This document shows positions 1 through 8,315 of a DNA stretch of 64,000 bases, piece after piece (the first letter of the stretch is position 1; the number at the start of each line of letters is the position of its first letter). A program made the translations under genes and the position numbers. The notes beneath the pieces are model-generated. The model saw only the letters and a list, made by a program, of their open reading frames with translations. It searched no databases and was not told the DNA's origin. Origin of the DNA: a bacterium (GTDB taxonomy: Bacteria > Actinomycetota > Acidimicrobiia > Spongiisociales > Spongiisociaceae); NCBI GenBank assembly GCA_028820935.1, contig JAPPHZ010000029.1:151437-215436 (forward strand). Direction: 5' to 3'.

Positions 1-268
1 AGGCGGCGCACTTTGGCCCTCGGGGTCTGGTCCACCCGGATGCCATCGAAGTCGACCTCACCTGAGGTCGGGTCTACGAGCCTGAGGATGCTGCGGGCCG
101 TGGTCGTCTTGCCGGAGCCGCTCTCACCGACCAACCCGACACTCTCGCCTATCCCGACCTGGAGGTCGATGTTGTCGACCGCGACGATGGTCTGGCGGCG
201 GGGCCAGAAACCGCGGTGGAAGTGCTTCGTGAGGCCTCGTACGGTGAGAAGGCTGGCGCCGTAGCCGG
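1..268 (-). CDS. Peptide ABC transporter ATP-binding protein (DppF/OppF-like). 3'-partial at the window start. N-terminus at 268 with a GTG start overlapping the upstream stop (GTGA).
   Basis: Minus-strand frame is open to position 1. Translation reads VTSGYGASLLTVRGLTKHF...VGLVGESGSGKTT (Walker A). It is the last gene of the dpp-like operon. Confidence 0.7.
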
Positions 269-271
269 ATG

Positions 272-1297
272 TCACTCCGGCTCTCCCTCCGCTCCGGCGC
301 CCTTGGTGATGTGGAGGGGTCCCGGCATTGAGTGATAGCGCTCGGCGAAGTGGCACATCGAGACATGGCCAGGCTCCACTTCGACCACCGGGGGAACGGT
401 CCGGCACACGTCCGCAGCTGACGGGCAGCGATCCTGGAAGAAGCATCCCTGCGGCAGGTTGCGGAGATCGGGCGGGGCGCCGGGGATGCTGTACAGGTCA
501 CCGACCCCTCCCTCCACGCTCTCCGTGGAGCGGAGGAGTTCACGGGTGTAGGGATTCGCCGGTCTCTCGAAGACCTGGCTGATGTCACCGAACTCCATGG
601 TCCGACCGGCATACATGACCGCCACGTTGTCGCAGAGTTCGCCGACCACACCCAGGTCGTGCGTGATCAGCAGCACCGTGAGGCCCATCGACTCGACCAG
701 ATCGCGGAGCATCGAGATGATCTCGGCCTGGACGGTCACATCGAGCCCGGTGGTCGGCTCGTCCAGGATCAGGAGGGTGGGGGGATGGATCACGGCCAGC
801 GCAACCATGACCCGCTGCGCCATACCGCCGCTCAGTTCGTGTGCATACTGGCGGATGGTGCGGTCCGGGTCGGTGATCTTGACCCGCTCCAGGATCCGGA
901 GGACCGCCTGCCTGGCTTCGTCCTTGGTGGCGTCCGTGTGGGTCCGTAGGGCACGACCGAGTTGCTCCCCGACAGTGAACACCGGGTTCAGGGCGGCCTT
1001 GGGGTCCTGGAATGCGATACCCACCCCGTCGCCGCGGAAGAGTTCCATCCGGTCCTCCGACCAGGAGAGAACATCCTCACCCCGGAAGAGCACCCGGCCG
1101 GACACGTAGCGGAAGTTCTCGGGCATGAGCCTGGGGATGTTGAGGGCGGTCATGGTCTTCCCCGAGCCGGTCTCTCCCACCAGACCGGTCACCTTTCCTT
1201 CCTCGATCACCACGTTGACGCTGTTGATAGCTCGGACATCACCGCCGATGGTGTCGAAGTAACCCTCGAGGTTTTGGATCTCTACCAGGGCGGCCAT
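272..1297 (-). CDS. Peptide/nickel ABC transporter ATP-binding protein (DppD/OppD-like).
   Basis: Walker A GETGSGKT and ABC signature LSGGMAQRV are present. A Cys-rich oligopeptide C-terminal domain (CFFQDRCPSAADVC) is present. Confidence 0.88.
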   Translation of the reverse strand: MAALVEIQNLEGYFDTIGGDVRAINSVNVVIEEGKVTGLVGETGSGKTMTALNIPRLMPENFRYVSGRVLFRGEDVLSWSEDRMELFRGDGVGIAFQDPKAALNPVFTVGEQLGRALRTHTDATKDEARQAVLRILERVKITDPDRTIRQYAHELSGGMAQRVMVALAVIHPPTLLILDEPTTGLDVTVQAEIISMLRDLVESMGLTVLLITHDLGVVGELCDNVAVMYAGRTMEFGDISQVFERPANPYTRELLRSTESVEGGVGDLYSIPGAPPDLRNLPQGCFFQDRCPSAADVCRTVPPVVEVEPGHVSMCHFAERYHSMPGPLHITKGAGAEGEPE

Positions 1298-1313
1298 CAG
1301 GGCTTCGCCGCTC

Positions 1314-2219
1314 TCACTTGCGGGACCTCGGGTCCATCACGTCGCGGACACCGTCTCCGAGCAGGTAGAACCCGGTCGTGAGGGTGAGGACGAACAATCC
1401 GGGGAACACCGACACCCACCACTCGCCGGTGATGATCTCCGTCTGGCCGCGGGCGATCATAGATCCCCACTCGGCGGTGCCCGGTTCGATGCCGATACCC
1501 AGGAATCCCAGGGCGGCGGTAACCAGCACCACCCACGCCGCATTGACCGAGGCGTAAGCCAATACGGGCGAGAGGCTGTTGGGCAACAGGTGGCGGAAGG
1601 CCACCCGTGTAGCCGATCCACCCACCATGCGGGCCGCCTCGGCGAACTCCCACGTGCGTTTGGTGAGGATCTCGGCCCGTACCAGACGGGCGTAGTAGGG
1701 CATGCCGATGAAAGCCATCACCACCACGACGTTGAGTTCACCGGGCCCGATCGCGACGACCACCATCATCGCCAGCAGCAACGTCGGGATCGACTGAAGG
1801 ATCTCGAGGAGGCGCAGGAGGATGAGGTCCACTATCCCGGCGTAGTAGCCGGCGATGGTACCGAGAGCCACCCCGGCCACCAGGGCTGACACCACCGCCG
1901 ACGCGGTGATCCGCAGATCGAGCGCGGTGGCCTCGATCGTCTTGGAGAAAACGTCCGAGCCCACCTTGTCGGTGCCGAACCAATGCTCGGCGCTGACACC
2001 GGTCAACGGATCCCCCACCAGTACCGCACTCGGGTCGTGGGTGGTGATGAACCTGGCGAATAGCGCGATCAGGATGAAGATTCCCACAAGGATGGTTCCG
2101 GCCGTCAGGCTCTTGCTCTGGCCGAACACGTACCTGATCTTCCCCCACCTGCTGCGTCCCGGCGCGATGACGTCGAGCGAACCGCCTTCCGGAGCATGGT
2201 CGGCTGTCATATCGATCAC
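1314..2219 (-). CDS. ABC transporter permease (DppC/OppC-like).
   Basis: Multi-TM hydrophobic protein. Carries an EAA-like motif (AARMVGGSATRVAFRHLLP). Sits in the permease position of the operon. Confidence 0.85.
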   Translation of the reverse strand: MIDMTADHAPEGGSLDVIAPGRSRWGKIRYVFGQSKSLTAGTILVGIFILIALFARFITTHDPSAVLVGDPLTGVSAEHWFGTDKVGSDVFSKTIEATALDLRITASAVVSALVAGVALGTIAGYYAGIVDLILLRLLEILQSIPTLLLAMMVVVAIGPGELNVVVVMAFIGMPYYARLVRAEILTKRTWEFAEAARMVGGSATRVAFRHLLPNSLSPVLAYASVNAAWVVLVTAALGFLGIGIEPGTAEWGSMIARGQTEIITGEWWVSVFPGLFVLTLTTGFYLLGDGVRDVMDPRSRK

Positions 2220-2229
2220 GACTTCCTCC

Positions 2230-3246
2230 TCATCTCGTCCTCGGGTCGATCAGCATGTAAACGATGTCCACCAGGAAGAACGCCACGATGTAGGTGACCG
2301 ACGCCACCACGACGAAGCCCTGGAGGGCGGTGAAATCCGACTTGAGGATGGCATCGAGCCCATACTTGCCCATTCCGGGCCAGTTGAAGACCGCTTCCAC
2401 CAGCACGGCGCCGGTGAAGACGAAACCCACGATCGTTCCGATCATGGTGACGATCGGGAGCAGGGCGTTCTTCAGGGCGTAACGGAAGTAGATGACCTGC
2501 TTGCGGATGCCCAACGCCTTGGGCGTACGGATGTACTCGGAGCGCATCACCTCCACCATCGAGGCGCGAGCCACCCTCGTTATGGGGGCCACGATGACCA
2601 CGCCGAGCGTCAAGCCGGGGAGTATGAGGTGGCGAACGGACTCCCACCAGAGCGTCAAGTCCCCCCGAATGAGGCTGTCGAGCGTATACAGCCCGGTGAT
2701 CTTCTCGGGCGCCTCCGCACCGAGGGGCAGCCGGCCTACCGGCCCGGGCAGCCAGCCGAGGATGACGAAGAAGATCAGGATGAGCACCAGACCGAGCCAG
2801 AAGGACGGAAGCGCCATCCCGATGAGGGTGATGCCTCGCACCGAGAAGTCCAAGGGACCGTCGCGCCTCGCCCCTGCCAGCACGCCCAAGGGGACGCCGA
2901 TCAAGATGGCAAAGGTGAGGGACACCAGGGCAAGCTCCACGGTCGCGGGAAGCCGGTCCCACAAGTCGCTCGTGACGGGCCGGCCGGTGATGGTCGATTC
3001 ACCCAGGTCGCCTTGGGCCAGGTCGGCCAGGAAGACCCCGTATTGCTCAGGGATCGACTTGTCCAGGCCCAACTCGACTCTGATCTTGTGGCGGAGTTCC
3101 TCGTCGGCCTGCGGGGGAATGTACAGCGCTACCGGGTCGGGCGCGAACACCCTCGCCACCAGGAAGGTGAGCGTCACGACGCCGAAGACTACCGGCGCTA
3201 CCAGCAGGAGCCGGGTGAACAGTTGGCGGGACAGCCCGGAGTCCAT
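2230..3246 (-). CDS. ABC transporter permease (DppB/OppB-like).
   Basis: Hydrophobic N-terminus and a binding-protein-dependent transport inner-membrane pattern. Adjacent to the DppC-like gene. Confidence 0.85.
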   Translation of the reverse strand: MDSGLSRQLFTRLLLVAPVVFGVVTLTFLVARVFAPDPVALYIPPQADEELRHKIRVELGLDKSIPEQYGVFLADLAQGDLGESTITGRPVTSDLWDRLPATVELALVSLTFAILIGVPLGVLAGARRDGPLDFSVRGITLIGMALPSFWLGLVLILIFFVILGWLPGPVGRLPLGAEAPEKITGLYTLDSLIRGDLTLWWESVRHLILPGLTLGVVIVAPITRVARASMVEVMRSEYIRTPKALGIRKQVIYFRYALKNALLPIVTMIGTIVGFVFTGAVLVEAVFNWPGMGKYGLDAILKSDFTALQGFVVVASVTYIVAFFLVDIVYMLIDPRTR

Positions 3247-3350
3247 CCCCGACCAGTCCTACAACGGGTCGCCCGGCCAGAGCCTGAGGGTTGCGACCGC
3301 GGCGTGATGGATCAACGCGCCGCGGTCACATGACCGGAGAGCCGCTCGGA

Positions 3351-5210
3351 TCACCCGGACGGCCTCAACAGGTACTGGCGCAGATGCGGGTCGGCAGTGA
3401 AGGCCACACCGGTGATCTCCGGATGCACGGCGCCGGGGAATCCGCGCACCGCAAGCATGATCATCGGGAGGTCGCGAGCCGCGATCCTCTGGGCCTCACG
3501 GTACGCCTCGGCCCGCGCTTCGAAGTCCGGGTTGAACCGGTTTTCGAAGTGCAACTTGTCGATCTCGATATTCGAGTAGTGGGTTGCGTTCGAGAATCCG
3601 CCCACACCGACCGGCCCCGGGAACCCGCGGGTTACCAGCCAGAGACCGACATTCGGATCGGCGTCGTCCAGCCAGATCAGCCCGCTGCGCATCTGGATGC
3701 CGGCCATCAACGTGTCATCGTCGTACCGGGCCGTTGTCTGCTCCTGGTATTCAGTCGTCGGTAGTGGCCGGAGAGCGACGTCGATCCCCACCTGCGAGAG
3801 GCTGGCCTGGAGGAACAGGGCGATGTCCTCCCACTCCTGCCGCTCTTGGGTGTAGAACAGCTCGGTGGAGAACCCGTCCGGGTAACCGGCCTCCGCCAGC
3901 AACTGGCGGGCCCTGTCAAGGTCGGTGTCGTAGTCCCACGCCGGTATGTACGAGGGCGATGCCGGATTGACGATCGAATAGGAGCGGGTCGCGTTGGTGA
4001 ACGCGTTCTCCACGATCGTGTCGTAGGGCACCGCGTGCGCGATCGCCTGGCGCACTGCCAGGTTGTCGAACGGCGGTGTGGTCAGCGGGAGGTCGAGGCG
4101 CCAGATATCGGGGATCTCGGCGTTGACGATGGTGAAGCCGGCCTCACCGAGGGCATTGAGCTCCCTGGTACCCAGAGCGAAGGCCACGTCCACCTCCCCC
4201 CCGAGCATTAGTGCCGTGATGTCCGCCGGGCTGCTGAGCGTCCGGTAGATCACCCGGTCGAAACCGTTGTAGGCCTCGCCGAGCTGGTTCTGGTCCCCCT
4301 CGGTCCAATGGCCCGGGACACGGCGCAGGATCATCTCGGTGCCGGGCGTCGCCGACTCGATCACGTACGGGCCCGACCCCTCGGGGTTCTCCTTGACCCA
4401 CTCGTGACCCCAGGGATCCTCGTCCGTGGCGCGGGCCTGTAACTCGACCGAGTCCACGATCCCGAAGATCGGGAACCTCATGCTCGGCAGCGAAGCCTTG
4501 AGAAGGAACGGGGTCCCGTCGGCCAACTCGTAGTCGAAACGGATCGTGTAGTCATCTATGACCGTGACCTGGCGAGACGGCTCGAAGATACCGGCCAGGT
4601 TGGAGTTGAACGTTCCGAAGCCCGGAACCTCGATCGCTCGCACGAAGGAGTACCGGATGTCGTGGGCAGTCAGGGGGTTACCGGTCTTGTTGAACGTCAC
4701 GCCCTGGCGGATCGTGAACGTCACCGATCCTCCGTCGATCTCCCAGCTCTCGGCCAGGCCCGGCGCCACGCCGAGGCCGTCCCACACGAAGGTGCCATCC
4801 TCGCGCTCGGTGAGCGAGTAGGTGAGGAGCCGGTCGTAAAGGCCTACGCCGGCCTCACGGTTGAAGTTGAGGAGGCTGTCCGGTGGATCGAGACTGTTGG
4901 GGTACCCGGTCCAGGCGATCACCACCGTCTCGGCGTCCTGCACGCGGTCCGGAGCCCGCATCACATCACCTTCATCGATCTGAGGCGGTTGGGTGGTAGG
5001 TGGTGTGGTGGTTGTCGCCTCTGCCGTCGTCGAAGCTTCTGTGTCAGCGGTCGTAGGCGCCGCGGTGGTGGTGGGTGCGGCTGTAGTGGTGGGTGCGGCT
5101 GTGGTGGCGGGTGCGGCTGTGGTCGCCGGCTCGTCGTCACCGCACGCGGCAGCCACGATTGCAAGAACCGCCATCAGTATGAATGGGTAGTAGAACCGCT
5201 TGCGAGTCAT
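3351..5210 (-). CDS. ABC transporter substrate-binding lipoprotein, family 5 (peptide/nickel), with a Thr/Ala/Pro-rich linker.
   Basis: Signal peptide plus lipobox (LAIVAAACG). TTAAPTTTAAP low-complexity linker. Size and domain order match a family-5 substrate-binding protein. An AAGGGAGG RBS sits upstream. Confidence 0.85.
   Translation of the reverse strand: MTRKRFYYPFILMAVLAIVAAACGDDEPATTAAPATTAAPTTTAAPTTTAAPTTADTEASTTAEATTTTPPTTQPPQIDEGDVMRAPDRVQDAETVVIAWTGYPNSLDPPDSLLNFNREAGVGLYDRLLTYSLTEREDGTFVWDGLGVAPGLAESWEIDGGSVTFTIRQGVTFNKTGNPLTAHDIRYSFVRAIEVPGFGTFNSNLAGIFEPSRQVTVIDDYTIRFDYELADGTPFLLKASLPSMRFPIFGIVDSVELQARATDEDPWGHEWVKENPEGSGPYVIESATPGTEMILRRVPGHWTEGDQNQLGEAYNGFDRVIYRTLSSPADITALMLGGEVDVAFALGTRELNALGEAGFTIVNAEIPDIWRLDLPLTTPPFDNLAVRQAIAHAVPYDTIVENAFTNATRSYSIVNPASPSYIPAWDYDTDLDRARQLLAEAGYPDGFSTELFYTQERQEWEDIALFLQASLSQVGIDVALRPLPTTEYQEQTTARYDDDTLMAGIQMRSGLIWLDDADPNVGLWLVTRGFPGPVGVGGFSNATHYSNIEIDKLHFENRFNPDFEARAEAYREAQRIAARDLPMIMLAVRGFPGAVHPEITGVAFTADPHLRQYLLRPSG
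5060..5140. repeat. 18-21-bp tandem repeats (about 4 units) encoding the TTAAP linker of the substrate-binding lipoprotein.
   Basis: Repeated ggtgggtgcggctgtRgtggt units are visible in the sequence. Confidence 0.6.
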
Positions 5211-5339
5211 TGTGCCTCCCTTTAGGGCGATTCGATGCTCAGCCCTCAGCCATTCGAACCGGGGCCGCGAAACCTCCGTGTTGCTGGATCATACCCATCG
5301 GCTTTGAGGCGCGTCACGCGAAAGCGCGACTAGATGGGT

Positions 5340-6002
5340 TTAGACCGGCCAGCTCCGCATGTGATAGGCGTCGTCCCAGAACATCCACTCGTAGCGCATG
5401 CCGAGGCGCCACTTCTCGAGGAGCCCATCGAGGTCGTCCTGTTCGAGGCCGACGGTAAGCCGGTCGACGGCGGCGCGGAAGTCGTCCATCAGGTCGTGGT
5501 GGATCTTGCTGCCGTAGTACTCCATCCAGGACTCGCGGCGCTCTTCGCCGATGTTCCCCGATACCTGCTCGCCGATGAGGTCGTATGTCCAGGGGCAGGC
5601 TACGAAACTGGCCAGCCAGTCAATCGTGCGCCCGTCGAGCGCGTTGTACCACATGTGGTACGTGTACCCCCTGCAGGCCGGCGCCATGGGCGGCAGGTTG
5701 TCCGGGTCGCCTCCGAAGCTCTTCAGCAGGTCGCCCTGCCGTTCGTCGCTCGGCTCGAGGTTCCAGTCGCGGGTGAGCAGGTCGAAAGTCTCCTTGTCGG
5801 GCGCCTTTGCCGCTGCAACCAGCCGGCACCTGTAAACGGCGTCGACATACTGGAGGTTCTGTTCGAAGCAGAAGCGGAGCACCTCGTCCGGGAGAGTCCC
5901 CGCTTCGAGTTCAACGAGGAAGGGATGGCTCAAGATGGCGTCCCAAACGTCGCCGGTGTTATCCCAAAACCACTGTGCCCGGCTTGATGCCTGATCACCC
6001 AT
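5340..6002 (-). CDS. tenA: TenA/THI-4/PqqC-family protein (thiaminase II-like aminopyrimidine aminohydrolase).
   Basis: C-terminal 220 aa of the long ORF: MGDQASSRAQWFWD...HPFLVELEAGTLPDEVLRFCFEQNLQYV. The N-terminal 247 aa of the ORF is antisense of the SDR gene and was trimmed to the ATG at 6002. Confidence 0.75.
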   Translation of the reverse strand: MGDQASSRAQWFWDNTGDVWDAILSHPFLVELEAGTLPDEVLRFCFEQNLQYVDAVYRCRLVAAAKAPDKETFDLLTRDWNLEPSDERQGDLLKSFGGDPDNLPPMAPACRGYTYHMWYNALDGRTIDWLASFVACPWTYDLIGEQVSGNIGEERRESWMEYYGSKIHHDLMDDFRAAVDRLTVGLEQDDLDGLLEKWRLGMRYEWMFWDDAYHMRSWPV

Positions 6003-6080
6003 GGGCCTCTCCTCTCGTGTACCCGGTGTGAATCGTAGCTGGTAGGTTGCCACGTTGAGAGTCAGGACGGGAGGGCTCGG

Positions 6081-6842
6081 ATGTCCGTGCTTCCGGGAAG
6101 GAGGGCGGTGGTCACCGGAGCCGCGTCGGGCATCGGTGCGGCGACAAGCCGACGGTTCGCCCGCGAGGGAGCCTCCGTTGCTCTGGTGGATCGCAATGTG
6201 GATGGCGTGGCTCGTGTAGCCGACGAGATTCGTTCGGCAGGGGCGACCGCTGTTCCCGTTCCAGCTGATCTGGCTGTGGACGCAGATGTGGACCGTGCGA
6301 TTGAGGAGTCGGTGCGCGGCCTCGGCGGGATCGACATCCTGGTGAACTGTGCCGGGGTGGGTCAGCATCCCAAGCCCATCGAGGAGACAGATGATGCCGA
6401 ATTCGACCTCATCTTCTCCGTGAATGTTCGGAGCGTGTTCCTCATGATCCGGGCGGCGCTTCCCCATCTGGCGCAGGCGAGCGAGGCGGTCATCGTCAAC
6501 ATCGCGTCGAACATCTCGATCCGGCCCCGTCCCGGATACGCGGCCTACACGGCGAGCAAGGGAGCGGTGGCGTCGCTCACCCGGAGCCTGGCACTCGAGC
6601 TCGCCCCAAGGAACATCCGGGTCGTGGCGCTGTGCCCGGCGGCTTCGGATACCCCGATGCTGGTGGAGTTCATGGGCGGTCAGAACACCACCGAGAGCCG
6701 GGAGGCGATCGCCGAGGCGATCCCGATGGGGCGCCTGGTGCAACCGGACGAGGTGGCCGCCGTGGCCGCGTGGGCGGCGTCGGAGGATGCCCGGATGGTC
6801 ACCGGAGAGCTGATCTCCGTGGACGGCGGCCGGGGCCTCTGA
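6081..6842 (+). CDS. SDR-family oxidoreductase (FabG-like).
   Basis: Glycine-rich NAD(P) motif VVTGAASGIGAA. Classical SDR length of 253 aa. Confidence 0.85.
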   Translation: MSVLPGRRAVVTGAASGIGAATSRRFAREGASVALVDRNVDGVARVADEIRSAGATAVPVPADLAVDADVDRAIEESVRGLGGIDILVNCAGVGQHPKPIEETDDAEFDLIFSVNVRSVFLMIRAALPHLAQASEAVIVNIASNISIRPRPGYAAYTASKGAVASLTRSLALELAPRNIRVVALCPAASDTPMLVEFMGGQNTTESREAIAEAIPMGRLVQPDEVAAVAAWAASEDARMVTGELISVDGGRGL

Positions 6843-7214
6843 CGACTAACCCAGTTGCGGCGCGCCGACCGAGTGAGGCGAACAGGCCACCCCCACGGTT
6901 GAGAAACCGCCCAGATCCACCGGGGGTCTTAGGGACCGTCCCGATCCTCCGCAGATACCAATCCATCGGGAGCCGCTCACGGCGCAAGCCTGGTTTCTCC
7001 ATGAGGCCGGGGCGACTCCCAAGCTGCATTCGGCGGATGGTGTCTTCCTGAAGGTCGTGGTCCGTTGGCAGGCGGTGCCGGTGTCAACGACCAACGCCGC
7101 CTCGGCATCGATCCCTCCGCGGTCCTCACCGTCCATGCGCGATGGGTTCCCGCGCCTGATGTGCTGGCCGGGCCGGCCGCCCGTGTTCGCCGGCCCGGAG
7201 CACGACCTCCGCCG

Positions 7215-8297
7215 CTACGACTCCCTATCGAACGTGATGACCGAGCGGGCCACGGTTCCGCGGTCGAGGTCGTCCATGGCGATCCCGATGTCCTCGAAGG
7301 GTCGGGTCCGTCCGACGAGTTCGTCCAGCTTGAGCATGCCCCGGCGGTAGAGGTCCAGGTACCTGGGAATGTCGGTCCGGGTCCGGGTCGATCCCATGTT
7401 CGAGCCCTTCACCGTCTTCTCGTATAGGAAGTCAACGCCCGGCAGTGAGATGTCGACTCCCTCGGGGATCATCCCGATCAGCACGGCCGTACCCCCGGGC
7501 CGCAGCGACGCGAACGCATGCTCGGCGGTCGTCTTCTGCCCTATGGCGTCGAACGCATAGTCGACGCCCCCGTGCGTGATCTCCATCAACTCGTCCATCG
7601 GGTCACGCGAGATGATCACGTCGGTGGCGCCGAACTTCCGGGCAAAGTCCGCCTTGTCCGGGAACACGTCGATGGCGACGATCCGGCTCGCTCGCGCGAC
7701 CGCGCTTCCCTGGATCACGTTCAGCCCGACCCCTCCGGCTCCTATCACCGCCACGGTGGCGCCGGGCGGCACGCCGGCGGTGCTAAAGACTGAGCCCAGG
7801 CCGGTGATCACCGCACAACCGACAATCGACGCGCTGAGCAAGGGTATGTCCCGATCGACCCTTGTCACGGCGTGTTCGTGGACGAGCATCATCTCCGCGA
7901 ATGCCCCCACACCCCAGTAGGCATGGATCTCCTCCCCGGACCGCGACAGGCGTGGGCGGCCGCCATCGCGCGTCGTGCCCTCCCGGGCGCAGAGAGCCAT
8001 CCTGCCGGTCAGGCACCACTCGCAATGTCCGCAGAAGACAATTAGGCAGGCCACGACATGATCCCCCGGAGCCACGTACCTCACGTCCTCACCGACGGCT
8101 TCCACGATCCCCGAAGCTTCGTGACCCATCACGGTGGGCAGCGGCGTCGTGTGGTGGCCCACGAGATAGTGGTGATCCGATCGACAGACACCGGCGGCGA
8201 CGGTCCTGACCAGTACCTCACGCGGAGCCGGGGTGTCGACCGCGACATCTTCAATTTCGAGCCGGCCCGGGATGGACCTGAGAACTGCTGCTTTCAC
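7215..8297 (-). CDS. Zn-dependent alcohol dehydrogenase.
   Basis: GVCRSDHH catalytic-Zn motif and structural-Zn cysteines (CGHCEWC). A GxGxxG Rossmann motif is present. Confidence 0.85.
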   Translation of the reverse strand: MKAAVLRSIPGRLEIEDVAVDTPAPREVLVRTVAAGVCRSDHHYLVGHHTTPLPTVMGHEASGIVEAVGEDVRYVAPGDHVVACLIVFCGHCEWCLTGRMALCAREGTTRDGGRPRLSRSGEEIHAYWGVGAFAEMMLVHEHAVTRVDRDIPLLSASIVGCAVITGLGSVFSTAGVPPGATVAVIGAGGVGLNVIQGSAVARASRIVAIDVFPDKADFARKFGATDVIISRDPMDELMEITHGGVDYAFDAIGQKTTAEHAFASLRPGGTAVLIGMIPEGVDISLPGVDFLYEKTVKGSNMGSTRTRTDIPRYLDLYRRGMLKLDELVGRTRPFEDIGIAMDDLDRGTVARSVITFDRES

Positions 8298-8315
8298 CGA
8301 TTCGTTCCTTTCGAG

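Noticed and set aside
1855-3333. 492-aa plus-strand ORF antisense to the two peptide ABC permeases.
   Set aside because: The composition is Arg/His/Pro-rich, which is the typical antisense artefact of high-GC coding DNA. It is fully overlapped by well-supported permease genes.
6003-6080. Looked for a TPP riboswitch upstream of tenA.
   Set aside because: Only 78 nt are available and no CUGAGA / ACCUGAUCUGGAUAAUGCCAGCG-type THI-box core is recognisable.
5340-6743. 467-aa ORF extending the TenA gene over the SDR gene on the opposite strand.
   Set aside because: Only the C-terminal 220 aa resemble TenA. The N-terminal 247 aa are an antisense read-through of the SDR gene. Trimmed to the ATG at 6002.
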